Source of the DNA: Macrostomum hystrix
Taxonomy: Eukaryota > Animalia > Platyhelminthes
Assembly (NCBI GenBank): GCA_950097015.1
Contig: CATNEN010000007.1
Coordinates: forward strand, 4,154,001-4,218,000
Reading direction: 5' to 3'
DNA: 64,000 bases
The notes below the pieces were generated by a model. It saw nothing but the letters and a program-made list of their open reading frames with translations. It searched no databases and was not told where the DNA came from. Positions within the stretch are counted from its first letter, which is position 1; each line of letters opens with the position of its first letter. Of this stretch, positions 1 to 12,487 are shown in pieces. The position numbers and the translations under genes were made by a program.

Positions 1-629
1 GGCAGGCAATCAGCTATCCAGGCAGGCAACCAGCTATCCAGGCAGGCAATCAGCTATCCATGCAGGCAATCAGCTATCCATGCAGGCAATCAGCTATCCA
101 TGCAGGCAATCAGCTATCCAGGCAGGCAATCAGCTATCCATGCAGGCAATCAGCTATCCAGGCAGGCAATCAGCTATCCATGCAGGCAATCAGCTATCCA
201 GGCAGGCAATCAGCTATCCAGGCAGGCAATCAGCTATCCATGCAGGCAATCAGCTATCCAGGCAGGCAATCAGCTATCCATGCAGGCAATCAGCTATCCA
301 TGCAGGCAATCAGCTATCCAGGCAGGCAATCAGCTATCCATGCAGGCAATCAGCTATCCAGGCAGGCAATCAGCTATCCAGGCAGGCAACCAGCTATCCA
401 TGCAGGCAATCAGCTATCCATGCAGGCAATCAGCTATCCAGGCAGGCAATCAGCTATCCATGCAGGCAATCAGCTATCCATGCAGGCAATCAGCTATCCA
501 GGCAGGCAATCAGCTATCCAGGCAGGCAATCAGCTATCCATGCAGGCAATCAGCTATCCATGCAGGCAATCAGCTATCCAGGCAGGCAATCAGCTATCCA
601 TGCAGGCAATCAGCTATCCATGCAGGCAC
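1..629. repeat. 20-bp minisatellite (G/T)GCAGGCAATCAGCTATCCA, about 31 copies, truncated at the window start
   Basis: Near-perfect 20-bp periodicity with two variants at the first base. Explains ORFs 60..809, 80..634 and 100..702. Confidence 0.97.
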
Positions 630-1480
630 ACTGAAACTGGGGGATGGGGGAGTGAAGGCAACTGGTTCTCTTATCGCCAGATGGATGGCTCAGACCCGCT
701 AATTAGCAGCCGGCGACGTTTTTCGCTTCCACTCAACTACGCTGCGGGTCTCTTGCGAAACAATAGAACAATACACGGGGGAACCGAGCTTCGTCACTCC
801 GCCCACTGATCTGGGGTGGCCCAGCAACCCAGCTCTACCATTCAGACGCGCCCGCAACTGCGTCACCCACGCACTTGTTTTCTCTGAGAGTTCTCATTTC
901 TCATTTGAGCTGTTCTCTTTCTCGCTCTGAAATTTCCCCGATCTCTCTCGTTTCTCGTTTCTGCACGAGTGTGGCAGGCCTTGCATGCACCTAGCTCGGC
1001 CTGCAGGCCGCCATCGCCTACCGTGCTACCTTTTTTCTGCGTTTCCTTCCCATTCCTTAGCAGTCAGCCTCCCCTCACCCAGCTCCATCTCTCGCATTCC
1101 CTGATCCCCGTTTCCAATGTAATTTATCCCCTACCCAAATCCTCGCCCTGCTTGGCTTCCCTCAATCAGTCCGCATCCTGGGGATCGGCTTGCAACACGA
1201 ATGCCCGGGCGAGGGAAGCGACTCCTCAGAGGGGAGATGGGGCGAAGGTTTGTGGGTACCTTTTTTCAATTTCTCATCCAACGCGTCATTAATCTCCAGC
1301 CGATGCTGCAATCATAAAAATCGCAGATTTTACTCCTGTAATATACTAATTTGGCAGGGTAGAAAATGGCGCGCTGACTTAGGCTCAGTCAGGTGGGACA
1401 ACTCATTGTGAGGAGCACTGAGATTCTGGGACGGGAATTTTGCTCTGCATCTCTATCTGGCTCCCGGAGTGGCATGCGGA

Positions 1481-2437
1481 GTGGATTGCTAGTCTATCCG
1501 CACTGAATGGAGGATTTGAATGGATTGCTAGTCTATCCCACTGAATGGAGGATATGAATGGATTGCTAGTCTATCCCACTTAATGGAGGATATGAATGGA
1601 TTGCTAGTCTATTCCACTGAATGGAGGATATGAATGGATTGCTAGTCTATCCCACTGAATGGAGGATATGAATGGATTGCTAGTCTATTCCACTGAATGG
1701 AGGATATGAATGGATTGCTAGTCTATCCCACTGAATGGAAGATATGAATGGATTGCTAGTCTATCCCACTGAATGGAGGATATGAATGGATTGCTAGTCT
1801 ATCCCACTGAATGGAGGATACGAATGGATTGCTAGTCTATCCCACTGAATGGAGGATATGAATGGATTGCTAGTCTATCCCACTGAATGGAGGATATGAA
1901 TGGATTGCTAGTCTATCCCACTTAATGGAGGATATGAATGGATTGCTAGTCTATCCCACTTAATGGAGGATATGAATGGATTGCTAGTCTATTCCACTGA
2001 ATGGAGGATATGAATGGATTGCTAGTCTATCCCACTGAATGGAGGATATGAATGGATTGCTAGTCTATTCCACTGAATGGAGGATATGAATGGATTGCTA
2101 GTCTATCCCACTGAATGGAGGATATGAATGGATTGCTAGTCTATTCCACTGAATGGAGGATATGAATGGATTGCTAGTCTATTCCACTGAATGGAGGATA
2201 TGAATGGATTGCTAGTCTATCCCACTGAATGGAGGATACGAATGGATTGCTAGTCTATCCCACTGAATGGAGGATATGAATGGATTGCTAGTCTATCCCA
2301 CTGAATGGAGGATACGAATGGATTGCTAGTCTATCCCACTGAATGGAGGATACGAATGGATTGCTAGTCTATCCCACTGAATGGAGGATTTGAATGGATT
2401 GCTAGTCTATCCCACTGAATGGAGGATTTGAATGGAT
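1481..2437. repeat. 38-bp minisatellite GAATGGATTGCTAGTCTATCCCACTGAATGGAGGATAT, about 25 copies
   Basis: Direct tandem repetition visible. Confidence 0.97.
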
Positions 2438-2945
2438 CTTGAATTGAAGATTGAAGTCGGAATGCGATTATTCGGTCACGACTGGCTGCAGTGTCTGCTC
2501 TGCCTTCTGTTTGCCTCGCCCCTGCCTTCGCCCCTGTTTCATAATTGATGACGCATCAGACGGAATCGGGACTGCTAAAAGAATCTGTCTTCAGTTTGCA
2601 GTCTGTGGCGGGGAACTTCTGTCTCGGGTTTCCTCTTCTACTGCAGAGCAGATAAAAAAGCGAAATAATTTTCTTCCGCGATGAAAGCCAAGGCCGATCA
2701 AACTCCTAAATGAAACTATTTTCTACCCAGCTCGACTTCTGGCTTGAAAACCGCACATTGCCTCTGCCTCTTTTCCACCTTCAGCTCCTTCAGCTTCAAC
2801 CCCCGCAATTCGAGTGCCCCGAATCACTGTGCTATGAAAATTATTTTTCACTTCGACTTTTACTCCAACCCACCCTGATCTTTTACCGAATTTGATTTAC
2901 GACTTGTTAAGTCCCTATGAAATTATTTCAGTCCCCTTTTTCCTC

Positions 2946-3235
2946 TCCCCATCCCATCTCTCACCTGATCCCATCTCTCACCTGATCCCATCTCTCACCT
3001 CATCCCATCCCCCACCTGATCCCATCTCTCACCTCATCCCATCTCTCAACTGATCCCATCTCTCACCTCATCCCATCTCTCAACTGATCCCATCTCTCAC
3101 CTGATCCCATCTCTCACCTGATCCCATCTCTCACCTGATCCCATCTCTCACCTGATCTTATCTCTCACCTGATCCCATCTACCTCACCTGATCACATCTA
3201 CCTCTCCTGATCCCATCTCTCACCTAATCCCCACT
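2946..3235. repeat. 17-bp minisatellite CCCATCTCTCACCTGAT
   Basis: Tandem copies with minor variants. Confidence 0.9.
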
Positions 3236-3279
3236 CGCTAACGTGATCCCATCTTAATCACCCGATCCTCATTGTGAGT

Positions 3280-3415
3280 TACTTGACCCATTATCACTCC
3301 CCTGATCCTCATTATCAATTACTTGATCCATTATCACTCCCCTGATCCTCATTATCAATTACTTGATCCATTATCACTCCCCTGATCCTCATAATCAATT
3401 ACTTGATCCATTATT
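3280..3415. repeat. 40-bp tandem repeat, about 3 copies (TACTTGATCCATTATCACTCCCCTGATCCTCATTATCAAT)
   Basis: Three consecutive copies. Confidence 0.85.
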
Positions 3416-5084
3416 TCCTTTTTTCCACTTCTCCTCCTCCTCAGCCTACCTTCTTATCGCATCTGTTGCTTCCAACGCCGGGGCTGAAAGCTGTAAAATA
3501 CCAACGCGCCCAACTGGGAATGGAATGCAAACACAATGCAATTTCCCAGGTAGATGGTGAGGAGAGGAGGTCCGCAGGTGGCTTCTTCAAGCAGTCGCTA
3601 CTAACAGGTGGCAGCGCAAAGTGCTGAGCTGCACGGGGCTGGGCCTAATGGAAATGAGAGCTGCTGGATGCGAAATAAAGGCGAGAGAAGCATCTTGGCA
3701 GAGCAATAAGTGGGCCAGCTATGAGCTGGGGATATTTTCGGTGTGGGGGTGAAGGGGCAAACTGCTACTCCGACGGAGTGAGTAAGAGACTGAGCCTAGA
3801 TGGAGAGTGGGCGAGAGATCAGAGGCCCCTGAGATGTAGCAAAAAAGCGATGGAGAGGAAAAAGGCGCAGCTATAGGCTTACACAATAATGGCACAAAGG
3901 GCTGCCCAGAATGTGACAAAACCTGCATGGGGGGAGAAGTGAAGGAACCGGTGGGCTGGACTTGTTTACCAATAGGCCAAAATTCAGAGCTGTTAAATGT
4001 AGACTGAAAAAATAGATCATACTCTGTTTCGACGATGTTCTGAGCTTGTCGTGCTGTTTACGCCCAAGACACAGTGAGAGTGTACACTGCCTGACGATGA
4101 GAAAGTCAGGGCAGATGTACACACCTCTTTATCTCTTAACATATTCAACCTATTCGTCGGTGTGTCTGGTGGCAAAACAGCACCAATATTGGCATATTTT
4201 TTCTCGCAAAGTATTATCGTGTTACCATGTGAGCTAATATTGTTGATTATATTCGAACAAGTACTCGTATGGGTTTGCCACAGAGGTTATAACAGAGCGA
4301 TGTTAGCTGTCCTTGTCACCAGGGTCTCCGACAACGACTTTGAAAGTTTTTTTAATGGTAAAGGGTGGAAAATGTTGATCCATCTGGTGGACTTTCATGA
4401 AAGTCGGTCAATCGGTTTTCGTGAAGTGGGCAGCGGGTATTTGAAACAGTCCACTGTTAATATTCGGGCATTTTTTACAACCGGCTTTTGGGATTCGACT
4501 TTTCACGAATCGGAGTTTCTTATTCCGGTGTTCCGTTTTTTAGACTTTCGTTTCTTTAAATTCCGAAATTTTTGAAATGTCAGTTTTTCAGACTCGGCTT
4601 GGTCATTGTTATATTTTTAGTTTGAGGAAGTCTTTGAGTTTAGTCAATTATCGGCTTTAGCAAAGCTGCAGGTCACTGAAGTGCTTGTTTCCTCTATAAT
4701 TTGAGGATTGCGAACAGCAGTGCTGCAAGGAGGCCGGACAGCACTTCATCTGGTCCGCCGCCTTTTCCTACAAAAAAATTGCCTAGCCGAGTTTCAAGGC
4801 CCCTCGGAACAACGATTCCGCCGACCGCCCCCCAGGCGCACGCGAGTTTGCGTGCTAAAGCTGGGTGAGGAGACCGGGAAGCCTCCTGCGCAGCCCTGCC
4901 GGCCTCATCGCTTGCTTGCTGGTCGGAGCCTCGTCTCGCTTCCTCAATGAGGAAGTAGCATTCGGACCAGCTGGACTTTTGCACCTCCTCATTTACGGTA
5001 TTTAGCGCGACAGCTTGCAAATAAATAAGTGAGAGGGTCCAATGGAATCTGGCTGGTCCGAAGAAAATTGGTAATCGGGGTCAG

Positions 5085-5495
5085 GTGAGGTATTGGATGG
5101 GATCAGGTGAGGAATGAGATGGGATCAGGTGAGAAATGAAATGGGATCAGGTAAGGTATGAGATGGGATCAGGTGAGGAATGGGATGGGATCAGGTGAAG
5201 AATGAGATGGGATCAGGTGAAGAATGAGATGGGATCAGGTGAAGAATGAGATGGGATTAGGTGAGTTATGAGATGGGATCCGGTGTGAGATTGGATCAGG
5301 TGTGAGATGGAATCAGGTGTAAGATGGGATCAGGTGTGAGATGGAATCAGGTGTGAGATTGGATCAGGTGTGAGATGGAATCAGGTGTAAGATGGGATCA
5401 GGTGTGAGATGGAATCAGGTGTGAGATTGGATCAGGTGTGAGATGGGATCAGGTGTGAGATGGGATCAGGTGTGAGATGGGATCAGGTGTGAGTT
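5085..5495. repeat. 17-18-bp minisatellite GAGATGGGATCAGGTGT, the reverse complement of the 2946-3235 family
   Basis: Its reverse complement rotates to CCCATCTCACACCTGAT, one base different from the upstream unit. Confidence 0.9.
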
Positions 5496-5500
5496 TTGAT

Positions 5501-5724
5501 CTAGTTATGTATGAGATGGGATCTAGGAGTAGGATTTAGCAGGCCAAGTGTTACTATTAGCATGTGGTGCAATGGAGAAGAGAATCGGCAGTACAAGCTG
5601 ACAACTAAATCGTAAACCGCAGCGTCGAAGTCAGCGTGGACAGACAGGCAGGAAGCACGCGGGCCGTGTAGGTGCTCCAGCAGCAGCTGTGGAAGAACAA
5701 ACACTCCCTTGGTTTCACTGCCAG
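5501..5724 (-). CDS. Possible downstream exon of the GPCR gene (hydrophobic, Cys-containing)
   Basis: Acceptor GTCCCAG at 5726-5725 is phase-compatible with the 7222 donor and gives ...GVFVLPQLLLEHL...SPLHHMLIVTLGLL. No diagnostic DRY-type motif seen. Confidence 0.22.
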
Positions 5725-5728
5725 CTGG

Positions 5729-5734
5729 GACAGA

Positions 5735-5806
<72 letters not shown>
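5729..5806. repeat. (CAG)n microsatellite, about 26 triplets
   Basis: Pure trinucleotide run. Confidence 0.97.
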
Positions 5807-5808
<2 letters not shown>

Positions 5809-6904
5809 AGATTAAAAAATTCGTCGCTCATTGTCTCCGCAGTGGATTGGCATCCTCAGGTCCCGCAATCGATCCAGCCAGTCACACCCCCAGCAGCCCG
5901 TGTTTGCACTCAGGCGTGGCCCGCATCGGGGGTAGGAAGCCGCAGCCAGTTACCCGCTTTTGTCTCCCAGCCTTAATTGGGATTTCGGTGACGTCGGCGC
6001 GGCTTTGAATCGGCAGGTAAAATGCACTCTCGCCAATCATCGATCTAATCGAGCGTTTGAAATCTGATCTGTCGATTGAGGAATCGGAGACTCGGGCGGG
6101 CTTTCAGATCCAGCAGAGCCTCTCATTCGGCTCCTAATCTGTCCTGATAAAGTGGCTCCTTTGTTCCCGCGAGTGCTCTCAGCCGTGGGGAATAGATAGC
6201 GCATTGAATGGGGAATTCCCCATACTCATGCAGCTTTTTTTCTAGGCGAATCTAGCAGGATTCTCAGACGGAGGCCGGCAGGGGACCTCTGCGACTCGGA
6301 GACTATTGAATAGATGGCTAAAATACAGGAAACCAGACGGGAAGACGGGGAGACAGCTGGGGGAGGAGGGGCTGGACCGGGTTTCTTCGGCCTCAAACTT
6401 TCCCCAGACCAGCCCTTTCTTCCTCCTCTTCCTCCTCCAGTCGTGGCGTGGCTGTCGAGAAGTCGGAGGTGGGTGGGGTTGGGGAGGTCGCTGCCAAGCG
6501 TCTGGAATCGGCCCCGGCTTGTGGAGTAGCCGATCTTCATCCGGCAAGGGGGCGGAACAAGTGGCAGCCTCCCCTGTGCCGATCGGGTCGCGGGTGGCGT
6601 TGGCAGGTTGGGGAAGTGGCCGGGGTATTGGGGGGCCTTGAAGGGCTGAAGGCAGTCAATAAGGCTCGCAGCAGGCAGCAAGGCAAAGAGAATGCCTAGA
6701 AAAGGGCATTCAAAGGCAAGGAGACAAGAAGATGGGGAGCAGTACGGCGTAGATAGACGAGAAGGCTTTGGGATAAAAAAGCTTACTCAAAACTGTGCGG
6801 CACGCGAGCGAGGATTAGATTCCCCGGGATCTGGGCAGTGCAAACGGAGTAAATTAGTCTTAAAAGGCAAGAAGCGCAAAATAATGAGCGGCTACAGTAG
6901 CTCA

Positions 6905-7205
6905 GGCAATTGCGAGCAGTGAACACAGAACTGTGAGCAGTGAGCCCGGAACTGTGATCAGTGAACACAGAACTGTGAGCAGTGAGCACGGAACTGTGAG
7001 CAGTGAGCACGGAACTGTGAGCAGTGAGCACGGAACTGTGAGCAGTGAGCACGGAACTGTGAGCAGTGAGCAGTGAGCATGGAACTGTGAGCATGAAACT
7101 GTGAGCATGAAAGTGTGAGCATGGAGCTGTGAGAATGAAACTGTGAGCATGGAACTTTGAGCATGGAACTGTGAGCATGGAACTGTGAGCACGGAACTGT
7201 GAGCA
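6905..7205. repeat. 21-bp/14-bp minisatellite (GAACTGTGAGCAGTGAGCACG / GGAACTGTGAGCAT) in the GPCR intron
   Basis: Tandem units directly after the GTAAG donor on the minus strand. Confidence 0.9.
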
Positions 7206-7221
7206 CGGCCGCCCGACTTAC

Positions 7222-7561
7222 CAGTGAGCATGTCAACAATGGCCATAGCCAGAAGAATGATGTTGGTTGGGGTGATCATGTGCTTTCTTGTGAGCACAGC
7301 GCAGATGAGCATGTTAGTGACCACAGTTACCAGAATGAGCGGCGGTGCCAGGTAATAGTTGAGCAGCATCCTGAGCACTTCCTCGCTGCTTCGAGCTTTC
7401 CACGAGGTGTTGGTCGGGATCTCGTGCTGCAGGGTGCAGAAGCCATTAGTGGACACGTTGAGCTCGATGAACTCCTCCCCTTTGTACCATAGACTATAGT
7501 AGCGGGACAGATTGGCGGGCAGCTGCGGTATGCAGGCGCAGATTGTGCTGCACTCTAGCAT
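7222..7561 (-). CDS. Class A GPCR, first coding exon (N-terminus, TM1, TM2), FMRFamide/sex-peptide-receptor-like group
   Basis: MLECSTIC...NVS..NTS (N-glycosylation sequons)...YYLAPPLILVTVVTNMLICAVLTRKHMITPTNIILLAMAIVDMLTG matches the TM1 N / R.HM.TPTN..L.AMA..DML pattern of invertebrate peptide receptors. GTAAGT donor at 7221. Confidence 0.8.
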
Positions 7562-7580
7562 GGCTGAATCCGGATTGCCA

Positions 7581-7722
7581 ACAAAGATTAGTACTAGCTT
7601 CAAATGCAGCCAGCTGGAAGGATTGCGAACAAAGATTAGTACTAGCTTCACATGCAGCCAGCTGGAAGGATTGCGAACAAAGATTAGTACTAGCTTCACA
7701 TGCAGCCAGCTGGAAGGATTGT
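7581..7722. repeat. 48-bp tandem repeat, 3 copies
   Basis: ACAAAGATTAGTACTAGCTTCACATGCAGCCAGCTGGAAGGATTGCGA repeated. Confidence 0.9.
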
Positions 7723-7800
7723 CATTAAAGAGGCACCGACCAGTGTAAGCTGCTCATCAGCTAAACGGCTCAACCGAAGCCTGAGTACAAAGCCCATTGC

Positions 7801-8640
7801 CCATTTAAACACTTTCTCCTACATTTAAACACATTCACCTACATTTAAACACATTCACCTACATTTAAACACATTCACCTACATTTAAACACATTCACCT
7901 ACATTTAAACACATTCTCCTACATTTAAACACATTCACCTACATTTAAACACATTCACCTACATTTAAACACATTCACCTACATTAAACACATTCACCTA
8001 CATTTAAACACATTCTCCTACATTAAACACAGTCACCTACATTTAAACACATTCTCCTACATTAAACACATTCTCCTACATTAAACACATTCACCTACAT
8101 TTAAACACACTCCTACATTTAAACACATTCACCTACATTTAAACACATTCACCTACATTTAAACACATTCACCTACATTTAAACACATTCACCTACATTT
8201 AAACACATTCTCCTACATTTAAACACATTCACCTACATTTAAACACATTCACCTACATTTAAACACATTCACCTACATTTAAACACATTCACCTACATTT
8301 AAACACACTCCTACATTTAAACACATTCACCTACATTTAAACACATTCACCTACATTTAAACACATTCACCTACATTAAACACATTCTCCTACATTAAAC
8401 ACATTCACCTACATTAAACACATTCACCTACATTTAAATACATTCACCTACATTTAAACACATTCACCTACAATAAACACATTCACCTACATTAAAACAC
8501 ACTCTCCTACATTTAAACACATTCACCTACATTAAACACATTCACCTACATTTAAACACATTCACCTACATTAAAACACACTCTCCACATTTAAACACAT
8601 TCACCTACATTTAAACACATTCACCTACATTTTAGCCTAT
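7801..8640. repeat. ~20-bp minisatellite ACATTTAAACACATTCACCT
   Basis: About 40 copies with indel variants. Confidence 0.95.
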
Positions 8641-8761
8641 TCTCCACCATTTTAATTCATTTCCTACATTTTAAACCATTTTTCTACATTCTAACTCATT
8701 TTCCAAAGAATTAAAACACACATTCTGTTACATCTTAACGCATTCTGTTCCAAAACATTAA

Positions 8762-9125
8762 TCTACCTTCTAACACATTATACAACCTTCTAACATATTA
8801 TCCTACCTTCTAACACTTTATTCTATCTTCTAACACATTATTCTACCTTCTAACACATTATCCTACCTTCTAACACATTATCCTACCTTCTAACACATTA
8901 TCCTACCTTCTAACACATTATCCTACCTTCTAACACATTATCCTACCTTCTTACACATTATCCTACCTTCTAACACATTATCCTACCTTCTAACACATTA
9001 TTCTATCTTCTAACACATTATCCTACCTTCTAACACATTATCCTACCTTCTAACACATTATCCTACCTTCTTACACATTATCCTACCTTCTAACACATTA
9101 TCCTACCTTCTAACACATTATCCTA
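8762..9125. repeat. 20-bp minisatellite TTCTAACACATTATCCTACC
   Basis: About 17 tandem copies. Confidence 0.95.
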
Positions 9126-9825
9126 GCATTTCCTACTTTTGACTACACTTCGCCACATTCTCCATTAGTTTTTCATTCGCTAGTCCAGTTCCTCCCAAAT
9201 CCGAAAAAAATCCGCCAAGACTGCGCAGCATCCATTTGGCTGATTAGAAAAACGTTCAAATGGATTAAAAAATAATTGAGTAATTTTCTGCGTCAAAATG
9301 TCAAAAACGCTCAGCGCTTTGACAGCTGACTCGTAGTATTTTTCTCATTTTGCTGCAAGAATCAATTTAGGCAAAGCGAAAACATTTCAAGAGCCAAATT
9401 TCTGGGACGTAGAAAATGATCTGACTGGGCAGGTCAGGTTTCAAATTGTTGAAATCAGTCAGGGCTGGACAGGATATGAGGAGGCTGGGCTGATGAAGGA
9501 TGGCGGGCCGGTTTTGAGCAGTCCTAAGCTCAGATTATTGTTGCAGCGGACAATTTTTTGGTCTATTTTTAGCCTGGGGTCAGGCATTTTAGTCGGCCGT
9601 GTTTTTAACCTTGTATGGATGCTCACGCGCTCCGATTCAAAGGTGAGCACAGAAATAAGACTCACAATGACCTGCGTCATCACACCATTTCCTTATTACC
9701 CTAAATATCATTTCCGCCTTGGTTAACACATTGCTTTGCAATTTATATAATTATGCATTGTCACTCCCGATTGGCCTTCTCATTATCAATGTCTATTCCC
9801 TATTGATTGGGCTTGTCATTCCTAG

Positions 9826-10110
9826 ACTGTCTTGTCACTCTCAATCTGTCTTGTCACTCTCAATCTGTCTTGTCACTCTCAATCTGTCTTGTCACTCTCA
9901 ATCTGTCTTGTCACTCTCAATCTGTCTTGTCACTCTCAATCTGTCTTGTCACTCTCAATCTGTCTTGTCACTCTCAATCTGTATTGTCACTCTCAATCTG
10001 TCTTGTCACTCTCAATCTGTCTTGTCACTCTCAATCTGTCTTGTCACTCTCAATCTGTCTTGTCACTCTCAATCTGTATTGTCACTCTCAATCTGTCTTG
10101 TCACTCTCAA
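9826..10110. repeat. 19-bp minisatellite TCTTGTCACTCTCAATCTG
   Basis: About 15 copies. Explains the three overlapping ORFs at 9719-10256. Confidence 0.95.
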
Positions 10111-10489
10111 ACAGATATTTTATCATTCTCTATTTTCTATTAATAGTCAGTCTAACATCCTGTCTTTCGTTTCCTTGCATGAGTTTTCTTATCCGCAATG
10201 CCCCATTCAGCATCAGTAGTTCTCAACAAGTGCCTAATAAATCACCTGGTACTTAAGCAACCCTAGCAAAGTCACCGAGCAAGTCAATAATTTGTTTTAT
10301 GAGGCAGCTCTCTGATAAATAATGCACTCTAGCGTTGTTTAGTTGGAAAACAGCATTCGTGAGCCCGACTGATCTTATAAACAAACTCTACTAAAATAAT
10401 ATCATCATTCAAAGCTAAGGAAGACAGATAATTTATACACATTTATATAATAGATAGAGTTAGATAGAGATAGATAGAAATATATATAG

Positions 10490-10622
10490 ATACAGAGATG
10501 GAGATAGAGATAGAGATAGAGATAGACATAGAGATAGAGATAGAGATAGAGATAAAGATAGAGATAGAGATAGAGATAGAGATAAAGATAGAGATAGAGA
10601 TAGAGATAGTAGATAGAGATAG

Positions 10623-10673
<51 letters not shown>

Positions 10674-10702
10674 TAGATAGATAGATAGATAGATAGACAG
10701 AC

Positions 10703-10745
<43 letters not shown>

Positions 10746-10750
10746 CAGAC

Positions 10751-10781
<31 letters not shown>

Positions 10782-10810
10782 CAGATAGATAGATAGATAG
10801 ATAGATAGAC

Positions 10811-10897
<87 letters not shown>

Positions 10898-10912
10898 CAG
10901 ATAGATAGATGG
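10490..10912. repeat. Compound microsatellite (GATAGA)n followed by (GATA/GACA)n
   Basis: Hexamer and tetramer runs visible. Confidence 0.97.
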
Positions 10913-11311
10913 CAGCAAGGGAAGCACTCACAGCCAATCAAGCGGTTTTCTTAGTTTCCGAAGCAACGCGAAGGTGGATGTTGAGAAGGTCCGGCGTTAG
11001 TTGAATGCCCGGCGACTGCATTTATGGCAGTCAGTGGCAGTCACAGTAGCTGGGCCATTGCCCCCGCCTCACTGCCTGCTCTGTGATCCCGGCTCTCGAG
11101 GAGTCCGCGGGCAGGCTGAGCTGCTTCGACCGCAGCCAATGAGGCGGTACCAAACACCGCATTGGACAGGGGCCGCAGCTGCTGATTCCCGCATAGTTGT
11201 GCCACCGCTTAATTGGGATGCTTAATGACGAGGCCATTGCTGACGAACGATGGGACTGGGATGAGATTGGGCCAGGGGTTGCTTGTGCAGTTTGCTATGC
11301 AGTTTGTGATG

Positions 11312-12487
11312 CATATCAGCTACTGCAGTTTGTGATGCAGCTACTGCAGTTTGTGATGCAGCTACTGCAGTTTGTGATACATATACTGCAGTTTGTGATA
11401 CATATACTGCAGTTTGTGATACATATACTGCAGTTTGTGATACATATACTGCAGTTTGTGATACATATACTGCATTTTGTGATGCAGCTACTGCAGTTTG
11501 TGATACATATACTGCATTTTGTGATGCAGCTACTGCAGTTTGTGATACATATACTGCAGTTTGTGATACATATACTGCAGTTTGTGATACATATACTGCA
11601 TTTTGTGATGCAGCTACTGCAGTTTGTGATACATATACTGCATTTTGTGATGCAGCTACTGCAGTTTGTGATACATATACTGCAGTTTGTGATGCAGCTA
11701 CTGCAGTTTGTGATACATATACTGCAGTTTGTGATGCATATACTGCAGTTTGTGATGCATATACTGCAGTTTGTGATGCATATCAGCTACATCAGATTGT
11801 GATGCATATCAGCTACATCAGATTGTGATGCATATCAGCTACATCAGATTGTGATGCATATCAGCTACATCAGATTGTGATGCATATCAGCTACATCAGA
11901 TTGTGATGCATATCAGCTACATCAGATTGTGATGCATATCAGCTACATCAGATTGTGATGCATATCAGCTACATCAGATTGTGATGCATATCAGCTACAT
12001 CAGATTGTGATGCATATCAGCTACATCAGATTGTGATGCATATCAGCTACATCAGATTGTGATGCATATCAGCTACATCAGATTGTGATGCATATCAGCT
12101 ACATCAGATTGTGATGCATATCAGCTACATCAGATTGTGATGCAGCTACTGCAGTTTGTGATGCAGCTACTGCAGTTTGTGATGCAGCTACTGCAGTTTG
12201 TGATGCATATCAGCTACTGCAGTTTGTGATGCAGCTACTGCAGTTTGTGATGCATATCAGCTACTGCAGTTTGTGATGCAGCTACTGCAGTTTGTGATGC
12301 ATATCAGCTACTGCAGTTTGTGATGCAGCTACTGCAGTTTGTGATGCATATCAGCTACTGCAGTTTGTGATGCAGCTACTGCAGTTTGTGATGCATATCA
12401 GCTACTGCAGTTTGTGATGCAGCTACTGCAGTTTGTGATGCATATCAGCTACTGCAGTTTGTGATGCAGCTACTGCAGTTTGTGATG
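11312..12487. repeat. Compound 21-bp/26-bp minisatellite (GCAGCTACTGCAGTTTGTGAT; GCATATCAGCTACATCAGATTGTGAT)
   Basis: Block of 21-mers, then 26-mers, then alternating 21+26. Confidence 0.95.

Noticed and set aside
60-809. Long ORFs across tandem repeats (also 9719-10256, 10405-10941, 11197-11802, 16936-17723, 19905-21631, 26344-27138, 27178-27748, 52568-52964, 58171-59071)
   Set aside because: They are open only because the repeat unit lacks stops; several overlap in multiple frames or lie in introns.
1-2437. Regular 20- and 38-bp arrays (and others) as CRISPR arrays
   Set aside because: Units are directly adjacent with no unique spacers, there are no cas genes, and the context is eukaryotic.
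4694-5020. 108-aa minus-strand ORF as a GPCR exon
   Set aside because: No TM pattern or family motif. GC-rich but unassignable.
6226-6922. Cluster of overlapping GC-rich ORFs on both strands
   Set aside because: Pro/Gly/Arg low-complexity translations with no recognisable domain.
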